From: an uncultured Candidatus Rokubacteria bacterium
GTDB taxonomy: Bacteria; Methylomirabilota; Methylomirabilia; Rokubacteriales; CSP1-6
NCBI GenBank assembly: GCA_963789955.1
Contig: CAWBMV010000012.1
Location: 352,001 to 416,000, forward strand
Length of the DNA: 64,000 nucleotides
Reading direction: 5' to 3'
Position 1 is the stretch's first letter, and every line of letters begins with the position of its first letter. Of this stretch, positions 21,388 through 31,724 are shown in pieces. Under the pieces are notes generated by a model that saw only the letters and a list, made by a program, of their open reading frames with translations, was not told the DNA's origin and searched no databases. The position numbers and the translations under genes were made by a program.

Positions 21388-22148
21388 GCGGCCGGCTCGC
21401 CGGGAAAGTCGCGCTGATCACCGGCGCCGGCATGGGCATGGGTCGCGAGACCGCCGCGCTCTTCGCCGAAGAGGGCGCCCGGATCGTCGTCGCCGACATC
21501 GACGCCGAGGCGGCGAAGGGGACAGTCGCGCGGGTCGAGAAGGCCGGCGGCCAGGCGGTCGCGGTGACCGGCGACGTCGCGATCGAGGCGGACGTCCAGC
21601 GAATGGTCGAGGAGGGCGTGCGCCGCTTCGGCGCGCTGCACGTTCTGCACAACAACGCCGGCGTCCTGTGGAAGGATCGCGACCGCTCCGTGCTCGAGAC
21701 CGACGATCGCTGGTGGGATCGCGTCATGGCGATCAATCTGAAATCGGTCTTCTGGGTGACGAAGTACGGAATCCCGCATCTGCAGCGCGCGGGCGGCGGC
21801 TCGATCATCAACATGGGCTCGGTCTCGGCTCTGGCCGGCTTCACGCGGGCGCAGGACGCCTACACCGCGGCGAAGGGCGCCATCATCTCGCTGACGAAGT
21901 CCCTGGCGATCCAGTTCGCGCGCGACCAGATCCGCTGCAACGTGATCCACCCGGGCATCGTGGACACGCCGCTCCAGGCGCCGTACCTCACCGACGCGAT
22001 CCGGAAGGAGTTCGAGACGGGCATCCCGCTCGGGCGGATCGCGCAGCCGCGCGAGATCGCCTACGTCGCGCTGTTCCTGGCGAGCGACGAGTCCTCGTTC
22101 ATGACGGGGGCGGAGCTGGTCGTCGACGGCGGCTTCACCGCCGGGTAG
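21384..22148 (+). CDS. SDR family oxidoreductase
   Basis: TGAGMGMG, NNAG, YTAAK, VDGG; ATG overlaps the upstream stop. Confidence 0.93.
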   Translation: MSGRLAGKVALITGAGMGMGRETAALFAEEGARIVVADIDAEAAKGTVARVEKAGGQAVAVTGDVAIEADVQRMVEEGVRRFGALHVLHNNAGVLWKDRDRSVLETDDRWWDRVMAINLKSVFWVTKYGIPHLQRAGGGSIINMGSVSALAGFTRAQDAYTAAKGAIISLTKSLAIQFARDQIRCNVIHPGIVDTPLQAPYLTDAIRKEFETGIPLGRIAQPREIAYVALFLASDESSFMTGAELVVDGGFTAG

Positions 22149-22161
22149 CGGGCCTCCGCCC

Positions 22162-24591
22162 ATCGATCCCGCCCGCGTCGTCATCATCGGCGGCGGCGTC
22201 GCCGGCTGCAGCATCGCGTATCACCTGGCGGTCGCCGGTTGCCGCGACGTCCTCGTGCTCGACCGGGGCGAGCTCACCGGCGGATCGACGTTTCATTCCG
22301 CGGGCCTGGTCGGGCAGCTGCGCTCGACGATCGCGCTGACTCGAATCAACATGGCGAGCGTCGAGCTCTATCGGCGGCTGCGCGACGACACCGGCGTCGA
22401 TCCGGGCTGGCGCGAGGTCGGCAGCCTGCGACTGGCCTCGTCGAAGGCGCGTCTCCTCGAGCTCCGGCGCCAGGTCGGCTGGGCGCGAACCTTCGGGCTC
22501 CCGCTGAGCCTGATCTCCGCGGACGAGGCGCGCGAGCTGTTCCCCTTGATGAGTGTCGACGGTGTCGAGGGGGCGGCCTATCTTCCGACCGACGGTCGCA
22601 TCGATCCGGCGTCGCTCGCCGGGGCGCTGGCCGCGGGCGCGCGGAAGCGCGGCGTGACGATCCGGACGGGCGTGAACGTGCTCGGCATCGAGGTCGACGG
22701 TCGCAAGGTCACGGCCGTGCAGACCGACCACGGCACCGTGCCGTGCGAGGTCGTCGTCAACGCCGGGGGGATCTGGTCGCACGAGCTCGGTCGCATGGTC
22801 GGCCTCACCGTGCCGGTCATTCCGATGGCGCACCAGTACCTGGTCACGAAGCCCATCGACGGCGTCACCCGCGACATCCCGACGATGCGCGATCCCGACC
22901 GGCTCGTGTACTTTCGCGAAGAGGTCGGCGGGCTGCTCATGGGCGGCTACGAGCGAACGCCCGCGCCGTGGGGCCTCGAGGGAATCCCGCGAGACTTCAC
23001 CCACAAGCTGCTCGCGCCGGACTGGGAGCGGTTCGGGGACCTGATGGAGCTGGCGATCTCCCGCGTGCCGGCGATCGGCCGCGCCGAGGTCATCACCTTG
23101 ATCAACGGCCCCGAAGCGTTCACGCCCGACGGCGAGTTCATCATGGGCGAGGCGCCGGACGTTCGCGGGTTCTTCGTGGCGGCCGGCTTCTGCGCTCACG
23201 GCATCGCCGGCGCCGGCGGAGTCGGCAAGGTGATGGCCGAGTGGATTCTCGACGGGCGTCCCTCGATCGACGTCTGGCGGATGGACCTGCGCCGCTTCGG
23301 CGCCCACTACGCCGACCGTGGCTACGCGCGCGCCCAGGCGTTCGAGACGTACTCCACGTACTACGACATCCACTATCCCGGCGAGGAACGGCGCGCCGGG
23401 CGCGGCCTCAAGCGTTCGCCCGTTCACGCGCGGGTCGAAGCCCTCGGCGGCGCGTTCGGCGAGAAGGCGGGCTGGGAGCGGCCGAACTGGCTCGAGTCGA
23501 ACGCGGCGCAATCGCCGCGGCGGTGGACGCCTCGGGGCTGGTCGGCGCGCCACTGGTCGACGGCGATCGAAGCCGAGCACCGCGCCGCGCGTGAGCACGC
23601 GGTGCTCTTCGACGAGACCTCGTTCAGCAAGCTCGAGGTGTCGGGCGCGGGTGCGCTCGGCGTGCTGCAGCGGCTGGCCGACAACGACCTCGACAAGCCG
23701 GTCGGCGCCGTCACCTACACGCAGCTGCTCAACGAGCGCGGCGGGATCGAGTGCGATCTGACCGTGACGCGTATCGGCGCGGACCGCTTCATGCTCGTGA
23801 CCGGAAGCGCCTTCGGGCTCCACGACCTGTCCTGGGTCCGGTCTCACGCCGCAGACGATCGCGCCGTCGCGGTCGAGGACGTGACGGAGCGTTACGCGTG
23901 CCTCGGTCTCTTCGGGCCCAGGGCCCGCGAGATTCTCTCGCGCGTCACGCGTGAGGACGTGTCCGACTCCGCGTTCCCTTACATGAGCGCGCGCCGTCTC
24001 ACGGTGGGGGAGGCGTCCGTCCTCGCGCTCCGAGTCACCTACGTCGGCGAGCTCGGCTGGGAGCTCTACACACCGATCGCCGACGGCCTCGCCCTCTGGG
24101 ACGCGCTCTGGGCCGCCGGGAGTCCGCTCGGCATGGTCGCCGCCGGATATCGGGCGATCGACTCACTGCGTCTCGAGAAGGGGTACCGCTACTGGAGCGC
24201 CGAGGTCACGCCCGAGCACACGCCGCTCGAAGCGGGGCTCGGGTTCTGCGTCCGCCTCGACAAGGGCGACTTCATCGGCCGCGACGCGCTCGTGAAGCAG
24301 AAGGCCGAAGGACTCACGAGCAAGCTCGTCTGCCTCACCCTGGCCGAGCCGACCGTGGTCGCGCTGGGCGGAGAGCCGATTCTCGCCGAGGGGCGTACGA
24401 TCGGGCGGGTGACCAGCGGCGGTTACGGCTACACGGTGGGCGCCTCGATCGCGTACGGCTACGTGCCGGTGGTCGCGTCCACGCCGGGCACGCGCCTGGC
24501 GATCGAGCTTTTCGGCGAGACGGTCCCGGCGATCGTGAGCCGCGAGCCGCTGTACGATCCCAGGGGCCAGAAGATCAGGGGAGGTGTCTGA
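22162..24591 (+). CDS. FAD-dependent GcvT-domain dehydrogenase (dimethylglycine/sarcosine dehydrogenase-like); start codon unclear
   Basis: In-frame VVIIGGGVAGCSIAYHL upstream of the ORF call, GSTFHSAGL, FTPDG, GWERPNW, YVGELGWE, SLRLEKGY. Confidence 0.92.
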   Translation: MDPARVVIIGGGVAGCSIAYHLAVAGCRDVLVLDRGELTGGSTFHSAGLVGQLRSTIALTRINMASVELYRRLRDDTGVDPGWREVGSLRLASSKARLLELRRQVGWARTFGLPLSLISADEARELFPLMSVDGVEGAAYLPTDGRIDPASLAGALAAGARKRGVTIRTGVNVLGIEVDGRKVTAVQTDHGTVPCEVVVNAGGIWSHELGRMVGLTVPVIPMAHQYLVTKPIDGVTRDIPTMRDPDRLVYFREEVGGLLMGGYERTPAPWGLEGIPRDFTHKLLAPDWERFGDLMELAISRVPAIGRAEVITLINGPEAFTPDGEFIMGEAPDVRGFFVAAGFCAHGIAGAGGVGKVMAEWILDGRPSIDVWRMDLRRFGAHYADRGYARAQAFETYSTYYDIHYPGEERRAGRGLKRSPVHARVEALGGAFGEKAGWERPNWLESNAAQSPRRWTPRGWSARHWSTAIEAEHRAAREHAVLFDETSFSKLEVSGAGALGVLQRLADNDLDKPVGAVTYTQLLNERGGIECDLTVTRIGADRFMLVTGSAFGLHDLSWVRSHAADDRAVAVEDVTERYACLGLFGPRAREILSRVTREDVSDSAFPYMSARRLTVGEASVLALRVTYVGELGWELYTPIADGLALWDALWAAGSPLGMVAAGYRAIDSLRLEKGYRYWSAEVTPEHTPLEAGLGFCVRLDKGDFIGRDALVKQKAEGLTSKLVCLTLAEPTVVALGGEPILAEGRTIGRVTSGGYGYTVGASIAYGYVPVVASTPGTRLAIELFGETVPAIVSREPLYDPRGQKIRGGV

Positions 24592-25712
24592 GATGCGGAT
24601 CGAAACGGTCGCGGTCCACGCCGGCACGCACGTCGATCCCGGCACCGGCGCGGTCACACAGGCCATCCATCCGTCCACGACGTTCGAGCGCGACCCGGAC
24701 GGCTCGTACCCGCGCGGCTTCCTCTATTCGCGCAACAACAACCCCAATCGCGAGGCGCTCGAGGAGTGCCTGGCGGCTCTCGAGGGCGGTGCGGCCGCCG
24801 CCGCGTTCTCGTCGGCCTCGGCCGCGACCTCGGCGGTTCTCCTGGCGCTCGAGCCCGGCGATCACGTGGTCGCCCCGATGGACGCGTACCACGGCACGTC
24901 GCGGCTCCTACGCGAGACCTTCGCGCGCTGGAAGCTCGACACCACGTTCGTGGACATGACCGACGTCGCCGCGGTGCGGGCGGCGATGCGGGCGAACACG
25001 CGGCTCGTGTGGGTCGAGACGCCGTCCAATCCGTTGTGGAAGATCACCGACATCGCGGCGATCGGCGAGATCGCCCGTGCGGCGGGCGCGCGCTACGTCT
25101 GCGACAACACGACGGCCACCCCCGTGCTCCAGTCGCCGCTCAAGCTCGGCGCGGATCTGGTCGTGCACGCGACGACCAAGTATCTCGGCGGTCACGGCGA
25201 CGTGCTCGGCGGCGCCGTGGTGTCGCGGGTCGCGGACGAGCTCTTCGAGAGGATCCGTGGGGTGCAGGCGTCGGCCGGCGCGGTGCCCTCGCCCTTCGAC
25301 TGCTGGCTCGTGCGGCGCGGGATCCGGACCTTGCCGTATCGGGTGCGCGGCCACTGCGAGAACGCGTTACGGGTCGCGACGTTTCTGCACGGCCACCGGC
25401 GCGTCGAGGCGGTGCACTATCCCGGGCTACCCACGCACGCGGCGCACGACGTCGCGCGCCGGCAGATGACGGCGTTCGGCGGCATGGTGTCGGTCCAGAT
25501 CCGCGGGGATCGGGCGCGCGCGATGGACGTCGCGGCCAAGCTTCGCGTCTTCACCCGCGCCACGAGCTTCGGGGGGACCGAGAGCCTCGTCGAGCACCGC
25601 GCGTCCATCGAGGGCGCCGGGTACGCGCACGCCAGAAAATCTCTTGAGGCTGTCGATCGGCCTCGAGCACCACGACGATCTGATCGAAGATCTCGAGCAG
25701 GCGCTGTCATGA
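24584..25712 (+). CDS. Cys/Met metabolism PLP enzyme (cystathionine gamma-synthase/lyase family; frameshift near 25625)
   Basis: YSRNNNP, ETPSNP, DNT, HATTKYLGGH, SFGGTESL; true C-terminus LLRLSIGLEHHDDLIEDLEQAL in another frame. Confidence 0.92.
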
Positions 25713-25749
25713 GCGGGGCCGTGGCGGCGGACGGCCAGGAGAGGAACCG

Positions 25750-26487
25750 ATGAGCCTGAGTGGACAGGTCGCGCTGATCACCGGAGGGGCGCGCGGGATC
25801 GGCCTGGCCATCGCGCGGCGGCTCGTCGCCGACGGCGCGCGCGTCGCGCTCGTCGACCTGGACAAGTCGGCGGTCGAGGCGGCGGCGGGCGAGATCGGCG
25901 CCTCGGCGATGCCGCTCGTGGCCGACGTGACGCGCACCGACGACGTGGAGCGGGCGGTCGGAGCGGCCCACGCGCGCTGGGGTCGGCTCGACATCGTCGT
26001 CAACAACGCCGGGATCACCGGCGGCTCGAAGCTCACCTGGGAGCTCACCGACGAGGACTGGAATCAAGTCATCGCCTGCGATCTCACCAGCGTCTTCCTC
26101 GTCTCACGGGCGGCGGTGCGGCTCATGCTGCCGCGGCGCAGCGGGCGCATCGTGAACATCGCGTCGATCGCCGGCAAGGAGGGCAATCCCACGCTCGTGC
26201 CCTACTCGACGGCCAAGGCGGGCGTGATCGGCTTCACCAAGGCGCTCGCGAAAGAGGTGGCGACCCACGGGATTCTCGTGAACGCGGTGGCGCCGGCCGT
26301 GATCGGGACCGACATGGTGAAGCAGATGTCGAAGGAGACCGTCGACTACCTGGTGGCCAAGATCCCGATGGGCCGCGTCGGGCGCCCCGAAGAGGTGGCG
26401 GCGCTGGTCGCCTGGCTCGTGTCCGACGAGTGCTCGTTCTCGACCGGTGCCGTCTACGATCTCTCGGGCGGCCGCGCCACGTACTGA
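25750..26487 (+). CDS. SDR family oxidoreductase
   Basis: TGGARGIG, NNAG, AGKEGNP, YSTAK, DLSGGRATY. Confidence 0.93.
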   Translation: MSLSGQVALITGGARGIGLAIARRLVADGARVALVDLDKSAVEAAAGEIGASAMPLVADVTRTDDVERAVGAAHARWGRLDIVVNNAGITGGSKLTWELTDEDWNQVIACDLTSVFLVSRAAVRLMLPRRSGRIVNIASIAGKEGNPTLVPYSTAKAGVIGFTKALAKEVATHGILVNAVAPAVIGTDMVKQMSKETVDYLVAKIPMGRVGRPEEVAALVAWLVSDECSFSTGAVYDLSGGRATY

Positions 26488-26996
26488 AGCAAGGTCAGCT
26501 TCGAGACCGACTCCGTGATGTCACCCTCGATCGCCATGCGGATGGCCTCCTCGAGAGGCACCACCCGCCGCTCGAGAAACTCGTCCTCGTCGGCGGGCAG
26601 GGGATCGAGGGTCAGCCCGTAGGCGGCGTAGCAGTACGCGAACTCGTCCAGGTAGGCGTTCGAGGGGTAAAAGCTCGTCAAGAGCTCGAGCCGCTCGGCG
26701 CGGTAGCCGCCCTCTTCGCGCAGCTCGCGCTGGGCCGCCACCACGGGATCCTCGCCGGGCTGCGCGCCGCCCCCTGGAAGCTCCCACGAGATCTTGCCGA
26801 CGAGATGGCGATACTGGCCGACCAGGAGGACCCGCGCCGGCTCGACGAAGGGGAGCACGCCGACCGTCACGCCGACCGCCAGGACCGGATAGACGATCTC
26901 CTGGCCGTCCGGCAGCCGCCAGGCGTCTTCGCGGAGCGTGAGCTTGCCGCGCGTGTAAAGCGCCGCCGACGACAGGCGGGTCCAGGCCGCGTTCAC
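26454..26996 (-). CDS. NUDIX hydrolase (ADP-ribose pyrophosphatase-like)
   Basis: QYRH, WELPGG, Nudix box GEDPVVAAQRELREEGG. Confidence 0.9.
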   Translation of the reverse strand: MNAAWTRLSSAALYTRGKLTLREDAWRLPDGQEIVYPVLAVGVTVGVLPFVEPARVLLVGQYRHLVGKISWELPGGGAQPGEDPVVAAQRELREEGGYRAERLELLTSFYPSNAYLDEFAYCYAAYGLTLDPLPADEDEFLERRVVPLEEAIRMAIEGDITESVSKLTLLQYVARPPERS

Positions 26997-27021
26997 TGCC
27001 CTATGATATCGTAGGGACGCG

Positions 27022-27252
27022 ATGGCTCGAGATCGACAGATCGACACTCTCCTGAAAAAGCTTCTGCAGACGATCGAAGCGTCTCTCTCCGCCGCCGACG
27101 CGGCCCGGGATGCCGTGCAGGAGATCCTCCGTCGTGGCGCGGACACCGGGATCTTTTTCGCCGGCAGTAAGAAAGGCGTGACGGTGTCGTCCGAGCTGAC
27201 GACCCAGGACAAAGAGTTCCTCCGGGCGGTGTCGATCAAGCCCGACCGCTGA
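27022..27252 (+). CDS. Small hypothetical protein
   Basis: 76 aa ORF with host-like codon use heading a + strand gene run. Confidence 0.6.
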   Translation: MARDRQIDTLLKKLLQTIEASLSAADAARDAVQEILRRGADTGIFFAGSKKGVTVSSELTTQDKEFLRAVSIKPDR

Positions 27253-27258
27253 GGTCGT

Positions 27259-27498
27259 ATGCGGCTTCTTCCGATTCTCCTGTTCCTGGTCGTCGCCTTC
27301 GTGTTGCTGCTCCCGCTGCTGCGTGGAGTCCGGCTCCGCCCACGCGCCCCGGCCCGCCAGGCCGTGCCCGACGAGCTCGTCAAGGACCCGGTCTGCCAGA
27401 CGTACATCGTGAAGTCGCGCGCCGTCCGGCGCGCGGACGCCGGCCACATCCGATACTTCTGCAGCGAGCAGTGCGCCCGGCTCGACACCGGCGCCTGA
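27259..27498 (+). CDS. Membrane-anchored YHS/TRASH-domain protein
   Basis: N-terminal TM, KDPVCQTYI...YFCSEQC. Confidence 0.8.
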   Translation: MRLLPILLFLVVAFVLLLPLLRGVRLRPRAPARQAVPDELVKDPVCQTYIVKSRAVRRADAGHIRYFCSEQCARLDTGA

Positions 27499-27508
27499 CC
27501 CGCTCCGC

Positions 27509-28384
27509 GTGAGCCGCCGCGAATCCGGACGATCGACGCTTGCCGGCCGTCGCGTGCGCGCGGAGCGCCGCCATCCGGATCCGTGGCGAGACGCCGACGC
27601 GCAGACGAACGTCGACGAGATGGCGAAGAGCCTCGAGGCGCGCGGCCGGACACCCGCGCAGGCGCGGCTGCGGCGGCGCTTTTTGAAGTTCGTCCCGGTC
27701 AGACCCGGCGAGCGGGTCCTCGAGGTGGGATGCGGCACGGGCGTCGTCGTTCGCGACCTCGCCGCACTGGTCGGGCGCCGGGGCGAGGTCGTGGGTGTCG
27801 ATGCGAGCCGGCAGCTGCTCGAGCGGGCCCGGGCTCTCTGTCGTGAGACGGCGCGTCAGGCGCGCATCACGTGGCGTGTCGCGGACGGCGCGAGCCTCCC
27901 GTTCGCCACGAACCGCTTCGACCTTGCGCTGGCCATCACCGTCGTCCTGCACGTCGCCGACCCGCTGCGCGTGGCGCGCGAGATGGCGAGGGTGACGCGG
28001 CCGGGTGGGCGCGTGGGTCTGCAAGATCAAGATTTCGGCGTGGTGGCCGTCACCCATCCGGACCGGGCGCTCACCGAGCGCATCATGCGCGGCGTGGCGG
28101 AGCGCGTCTACGAGGAGCCGCACAGCGGGCGCCGCCTCCCGGGTCTGCTCCGCGCCGCCGGCCTGGTGGATGTGCGGCTGCTGACCGACGTCTACCAGGA
28201 CACGACGCTCGAGCCGTGGACGAAGACCTTCCTCGAGCGCCGTGCCGAGCGGGCCGTCCGCTTCGGCATTGTGGACGTGCCGACCGCCGAGCACTGGCTC
28301 GACGGCTTCACGGAAGTCGTCGCCGCCGACGCCTTCGTGCTGACCTTGAACTACTACGGCGCCGTCGGAGTGAAGGTTCGATGA
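27509..28384 (+). CDS. Class I SAM-dependent methyltransferase
   Basis: VLEVGCGTG, GVDAS, LPF...FD, EMARVTRPGG. Confidence 0.9.
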   Translation: MSRRESGRSTLAGRRVRAERRHPDPWRDADAQTNVDEMAKSLEARGRTPAQARLRRRFLKFVPVRPGERVLEVGCGTGVVVRDLAALVGRRGEVVGVDASRQLLERARALCRETARQARITWRVADGASLPFATNRFDLALAITVVLHVADPLRVAREMARVTRPGGRVGLQDQDFGVVAVTHPDRALTERIMRGVAERVYEEPHSGRRLPGLLRAAGLVDVRLLTDVYQDTTLEPWTKTFLERRAERAVRFGIVDVPTAEHWLDGFTEVVAADAFVLTLNYYGAVGVKVR

Positions 28385-29295
28385 GACGAGCGGGTATCGG
28401 TGTCACCGTCGTCGTGATCCTCCTGGCGTGGCTCTTCCCGCTGGGCGCGCAGGACACGCGGCTTCCTCCGGTGTTCGACGGCGCCGCCGCGCTCCGGCAT
28501 GTGGAGCGACTCGTGGCCATCGGTCCGCGGCCGGCAGGATCGCCGGCCGCGGCCCGGGCGCGCACGTACATCGTCGACGAGCTTCGCAAGGCCGGCGTGC
28601 CCGCCCGGGTCGAATCGTTCGACGCGGCGACGCCACACGGCCGGCTGCCGATGGCCAACGTGGTCGCCGCCCTGCCCGGGCGGCGCCGCGACACGATCGT
28701 GATCGCCGGCCACTACGACACGAAATGGTTCAAAGACTTCGCGTTCGTGGGCGCCAACGACGGCGGCTCGAGCGCGGCGCTGCTGATCGAGCTGGCGCGT
28801 CGTCTGCACGCGCGGCAGCACGAATACACCTACTGGGTCGTGTGGCTCGACGGCGAGGAGGCGCGCGAATCGTGGACCTCGACCGACAGCCTCTACGGCT
28901 CGCGGTGGATGGCCGCCGAGCTCAGCAAGTCGCGCCAGCTGCCGAGTGCCGTGATCGTGGCCGACATGATCGGCGACCGCGAGCTCGGCATCCGGCGCGA
29001 GGCGGCCTCGACGCCGTGGATGACCGACGTCATCTGGGCGAGCGCGGCGCGGCTCGGGTATTCCGCGTACTTCCTGCCGGAATCGATGGCCGTCGAGGAC
29101 GACCACGCGCCGTTCATGCGTCTGGGAGTCCCGGCGGCGCTGCTGATCGATTTCGACTTTCCGCCCTGGCACACGGCCCAGGACACGCTCGACAAGGTGT
29201 CGGCCCGGAGCCTCGAGATCGTCGGCAAGGTGATCCTCGACGCGCTGCCGGGGATCGAGGACGGCCTGAGCCGCTCGCGCGGCGGGCGACCCTGA
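28381..29295 (+). CDS. Secreted M28 peptidase / glutaminyl cyclase-like protein
   Basis: Signal peptide, GHYDTK, GANDGGSS, DGEE, DMIGD, EDDH, WHT. Confidence 0.9.
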   Translation: MRRAGIGVTVVVILLAWLFPLGAQDTRLPPVFDGAAALRHVERLVAIGPRPAGSPAAARARTYIVDELRKAGVPARVESFDAATPHGRLPMANVVAALPGRRRDTIVIAGHYDTKWFKDFAFVGANDGGSSAALLIELARRLHARQHEYTYWVVWLDGEEARESWTSTDSLYGSRWMAAELSKSRQLPSAVIVADMIGDRELGIRREAASTPWMTDVIWASAARLGYSAYFLPESMAVEDDHAPFMRLGVPAALLIDFDFPPWHTAQDTLDKVSARSLEIVGKVILDALPGIEDGLSRSRGGRP

Positions 29296-29309
29296 GCCCG
29301 CGCGACCGG

Positions 29310-29315
29310 TATAAT
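29310..29315 (+). promoter_or_regulatory. -10 box of a probable leaderless promoter
   Basis: Perfect TATAAT 7 nt before ATG 29323, no Shine-Dalgarno. Confidence 0.6.
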
Positions 29316-29322
29316 CCGGTCC

Positions 29323-29874
29323 ATGCCACGAATCAGAGAAGTCGAGGATCCCGGAGACGATCCCGTCCTGAAGGAAGTGTTCGCGAAGGAGACCGAGGCC
29401 TTCGGCTTCGTTCTGAACACGACGAAGATCCAGGCGCACACCCCCGGGATCATGAAGGCCGCGAAGCAGCTCTCGGCGGCGGTCGAGCGGTCCGGTCTTC
29501 TGCCCGCCGAGCTCCTGGCGCTGGTCTACCTGCGTGTCGCGCTGATCAACGGGTGCCCGTTCTGAATCGATATCAACGCATCCCGGGGGATGCGAGCGGG
29601 CGCGTCGGAGGCGAAGATCGCCGAGGTCCCCACCGCGCTCACCAGCAAGCTCTTCGACGAGCGCGAGAAGGTGGCCATGGAGTACGCCGAGGCGATGACG
29701 TTCAGTGACCGGAAGGTCGGCGAGGATCTGTTCGCGCGCGTGCGCGCGCATTTCTCGGACGCGCAGATCGTGGAGCTGACCGCCGCCGTGGCGCTCGAGA
29801 ACTTCCGCTCGAAGTTCAACGTGGCGCTCGGCATCGAGGCGCAGGGATTCTGCCTGATCAAGGCGCCCAAGTAG
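29323..29874 (+). CDS. CMD/AhpD-family protein, candidate selenoprotein (CPFU, TGA at 29563-29565)
   Basis: Two ORFs in the same frame joined by one TGA: RVALINGCPF*IDINASRGMRAG...LFDEREKVAMEYAEAMT...HFSDAQIVELT; TGA occupies the second Cys of the family CxxC. Confidence 0.85.
29577..29594 (+). promoter_or_regulatory. Putative bacterial SECIS hairpin
   Basis: cgcatcc-cggg-ggatgcg, 7-bp stem starting 11 nt after the UGA with G in the apical loop. Confidence 0.65.
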
Positions 29875-29970
29875 TTACGCCCGAATTCGCAGTCCGGGGA
29901 GCCGCTCGGGCTTGCCTTCGGCCCATCGCCACTCGATCACGAGGTTCTGGCCGTTAACCAATCCTCGAAG
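29875..29970 (-). pseudogene. Fragment of an ABC substrate-binding protein
   Basis: Translates LRGLVNGQNLVIEWRWAEGKPERLPGL then stops; no full gene present. Confidence 0.65.
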
Positions 29971-30070
29971 AGCATTCGCCGGAGATAGCCAGCAGACCCG
30001 TGCGTGGACGAGTTGGCCGCGTCGGTCGAGCCCGGGCTATTCGATCACTGGTCCGTCCGCTTGCAGTACC

Positions 30071-30458
30071 TCAGAGCCAACGCCGCACCGCCTCCGCCGT
30101 ATCACTCGGCTTCGTGTTGAAGCACCGCTTGGCCTGAGGAGCGTGTTCATGCACGACGTTGACTAGTTTCTCAAATAGCAAGAACTTGCTTGGCATCGTG
30201 CGTATGCCTGCCCCGATGAGGACGCAATCAAAGAGCTTCTGCTTGAGCTGGCTACGAACAACTGCCTCAGCAGTCTCACCAAAGTCGGTCAAACACATTT
30301 GCACGTCATAGCCGAGGCGAGACAATTCGTCCTCCGAGGCTTCAGATCGGCCAGTACCTTGGTGGCGTCCAGGCCCAGGCCCGTGGAAGCGTAGTCGGGG
30401 TGCGAAAGTGGATGAGCGTTGGTTCCAGGCCAATCACAAGACGTTTTCTGTCAGTCAC
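30071..30458 (-). pseudogene. Conserved hypothetical protein, frameshifted
   Basis: GGAGG plus GTG at 30458 (MTDRKRLVIGLEP); body LGYDVQMCLTDFGETAE...VLIGAGIR...FNTKPSDTAEAVRRWL in another frame. Confidence 0.55.
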
Positions 30459-31297
30459 AGTACCTCCATCTCGGCGCGTTGGCGCACGACACATGATTTT
30501 GCGCCGGGCTCATGTGCCTCAGGGGCGAGCGGCGCAAGAACCAGACTGACACTGAGAACGACCACGTTCGATCGCGCGATGAGCACTTCCTCGTCCCATC
30601 GAGCGGTCGGCCTTCACAAGTGTCCGATCCAGCCGCCCAGCGTTGCTACGAGTACCGGATACGCGTCGAAGGGCAACGGCAATGTCGTCGGCAGGACCTG
30701 AACGCCTGCGAAGATGGGCACGGCAGTCGTCGCGAAGAGGACCGCCGCGAAGAGACCGTAGAAGTGCGTACTAGCCGAGGAACACTCGGGGATGCTGATG
30801 AGCACCAGCGCCAGAGCCCACAGGCTCGTTCCCGCCGCGAACGTCGGACAACATCGTGGCTTCCGGTGCCGCGCAATCCCGAAACGTCCAGGTGTCCAGC
30901 CCTCCGGCCCAATCGTATTCTCCACCGCCTTTGACTAGACGGCGACCTCGAATGAAAATCACAGATTTGATCCTGTGGACAGCGGTGGATGCTGTGGACC
31001 CGATTGCCCTTGACGGCGTGTCGGAGACCGGCGCAATGGACTTTGCTGAGAGGACTCTTTTCGCACCTATTGCTGTGCGCGACCAGACAGCGGAGGGCAT
31101 ATTCAACACTTCGCTCGTACCCGACGATCTCGACGGCGCTCGCGGCATCCTGAACGGCACAGTGCTGTCGTTGCCGCTCTGGAATTCTCCTGGCGTTCTG
31201 GCATCTCCTGACCTCGGGCGGAGGGTATCCCTAGCACCGTCTGAGGAGTCTAGCTCGACGTCGGCGGAAGCCGAGCCCCGAAGGTCAGTTCAGTAAT

Positions 31298-31322
31298 GCG
31301 AAGTGGAAAAGATCCACTTCGC
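31298..31322. repeat. Perfect 10-bp hairpin in the accessory patch
   Basis: gcgaagtgga-aaaga-tccacttcgc. Confidence 0.6.
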
Positions 31323-31724
31323 TATCCTCGGCGTCACCCACCGCCCAAACACCACAACTGGCGGAGCTGATCGTCAGACGAGTTCGCGACTGCCTGGACG
31401 ACGTCTCGGTAGGCGCCGATGATCCGTCCACCGTCTCGACCGTCTCGTCCTCGGAGAGTCGACGATGCACCCTGATCGAGTCCAGGACAGCCTGTCGAAG
31501 CCTCTCGCCAACCTGGTCGTGCTCAGCCGGAGTATAGGAAAAGACTCGTCGGCGCACAGCGGCAACCGCAGGGTCGGATTCCTGGATCAGGGCAAACATC
31601 GAGGCGAAAGTGCAGAAGGGCTCCGTTCACGGGATGTCCGCTCGTTTCGGGCGATTCGACTGACGTTGAACGGGATCCCCTTGGTGACCGCCTCGAGCCA
31701 CGCCGGCGTCATCAATGCTTCCTC

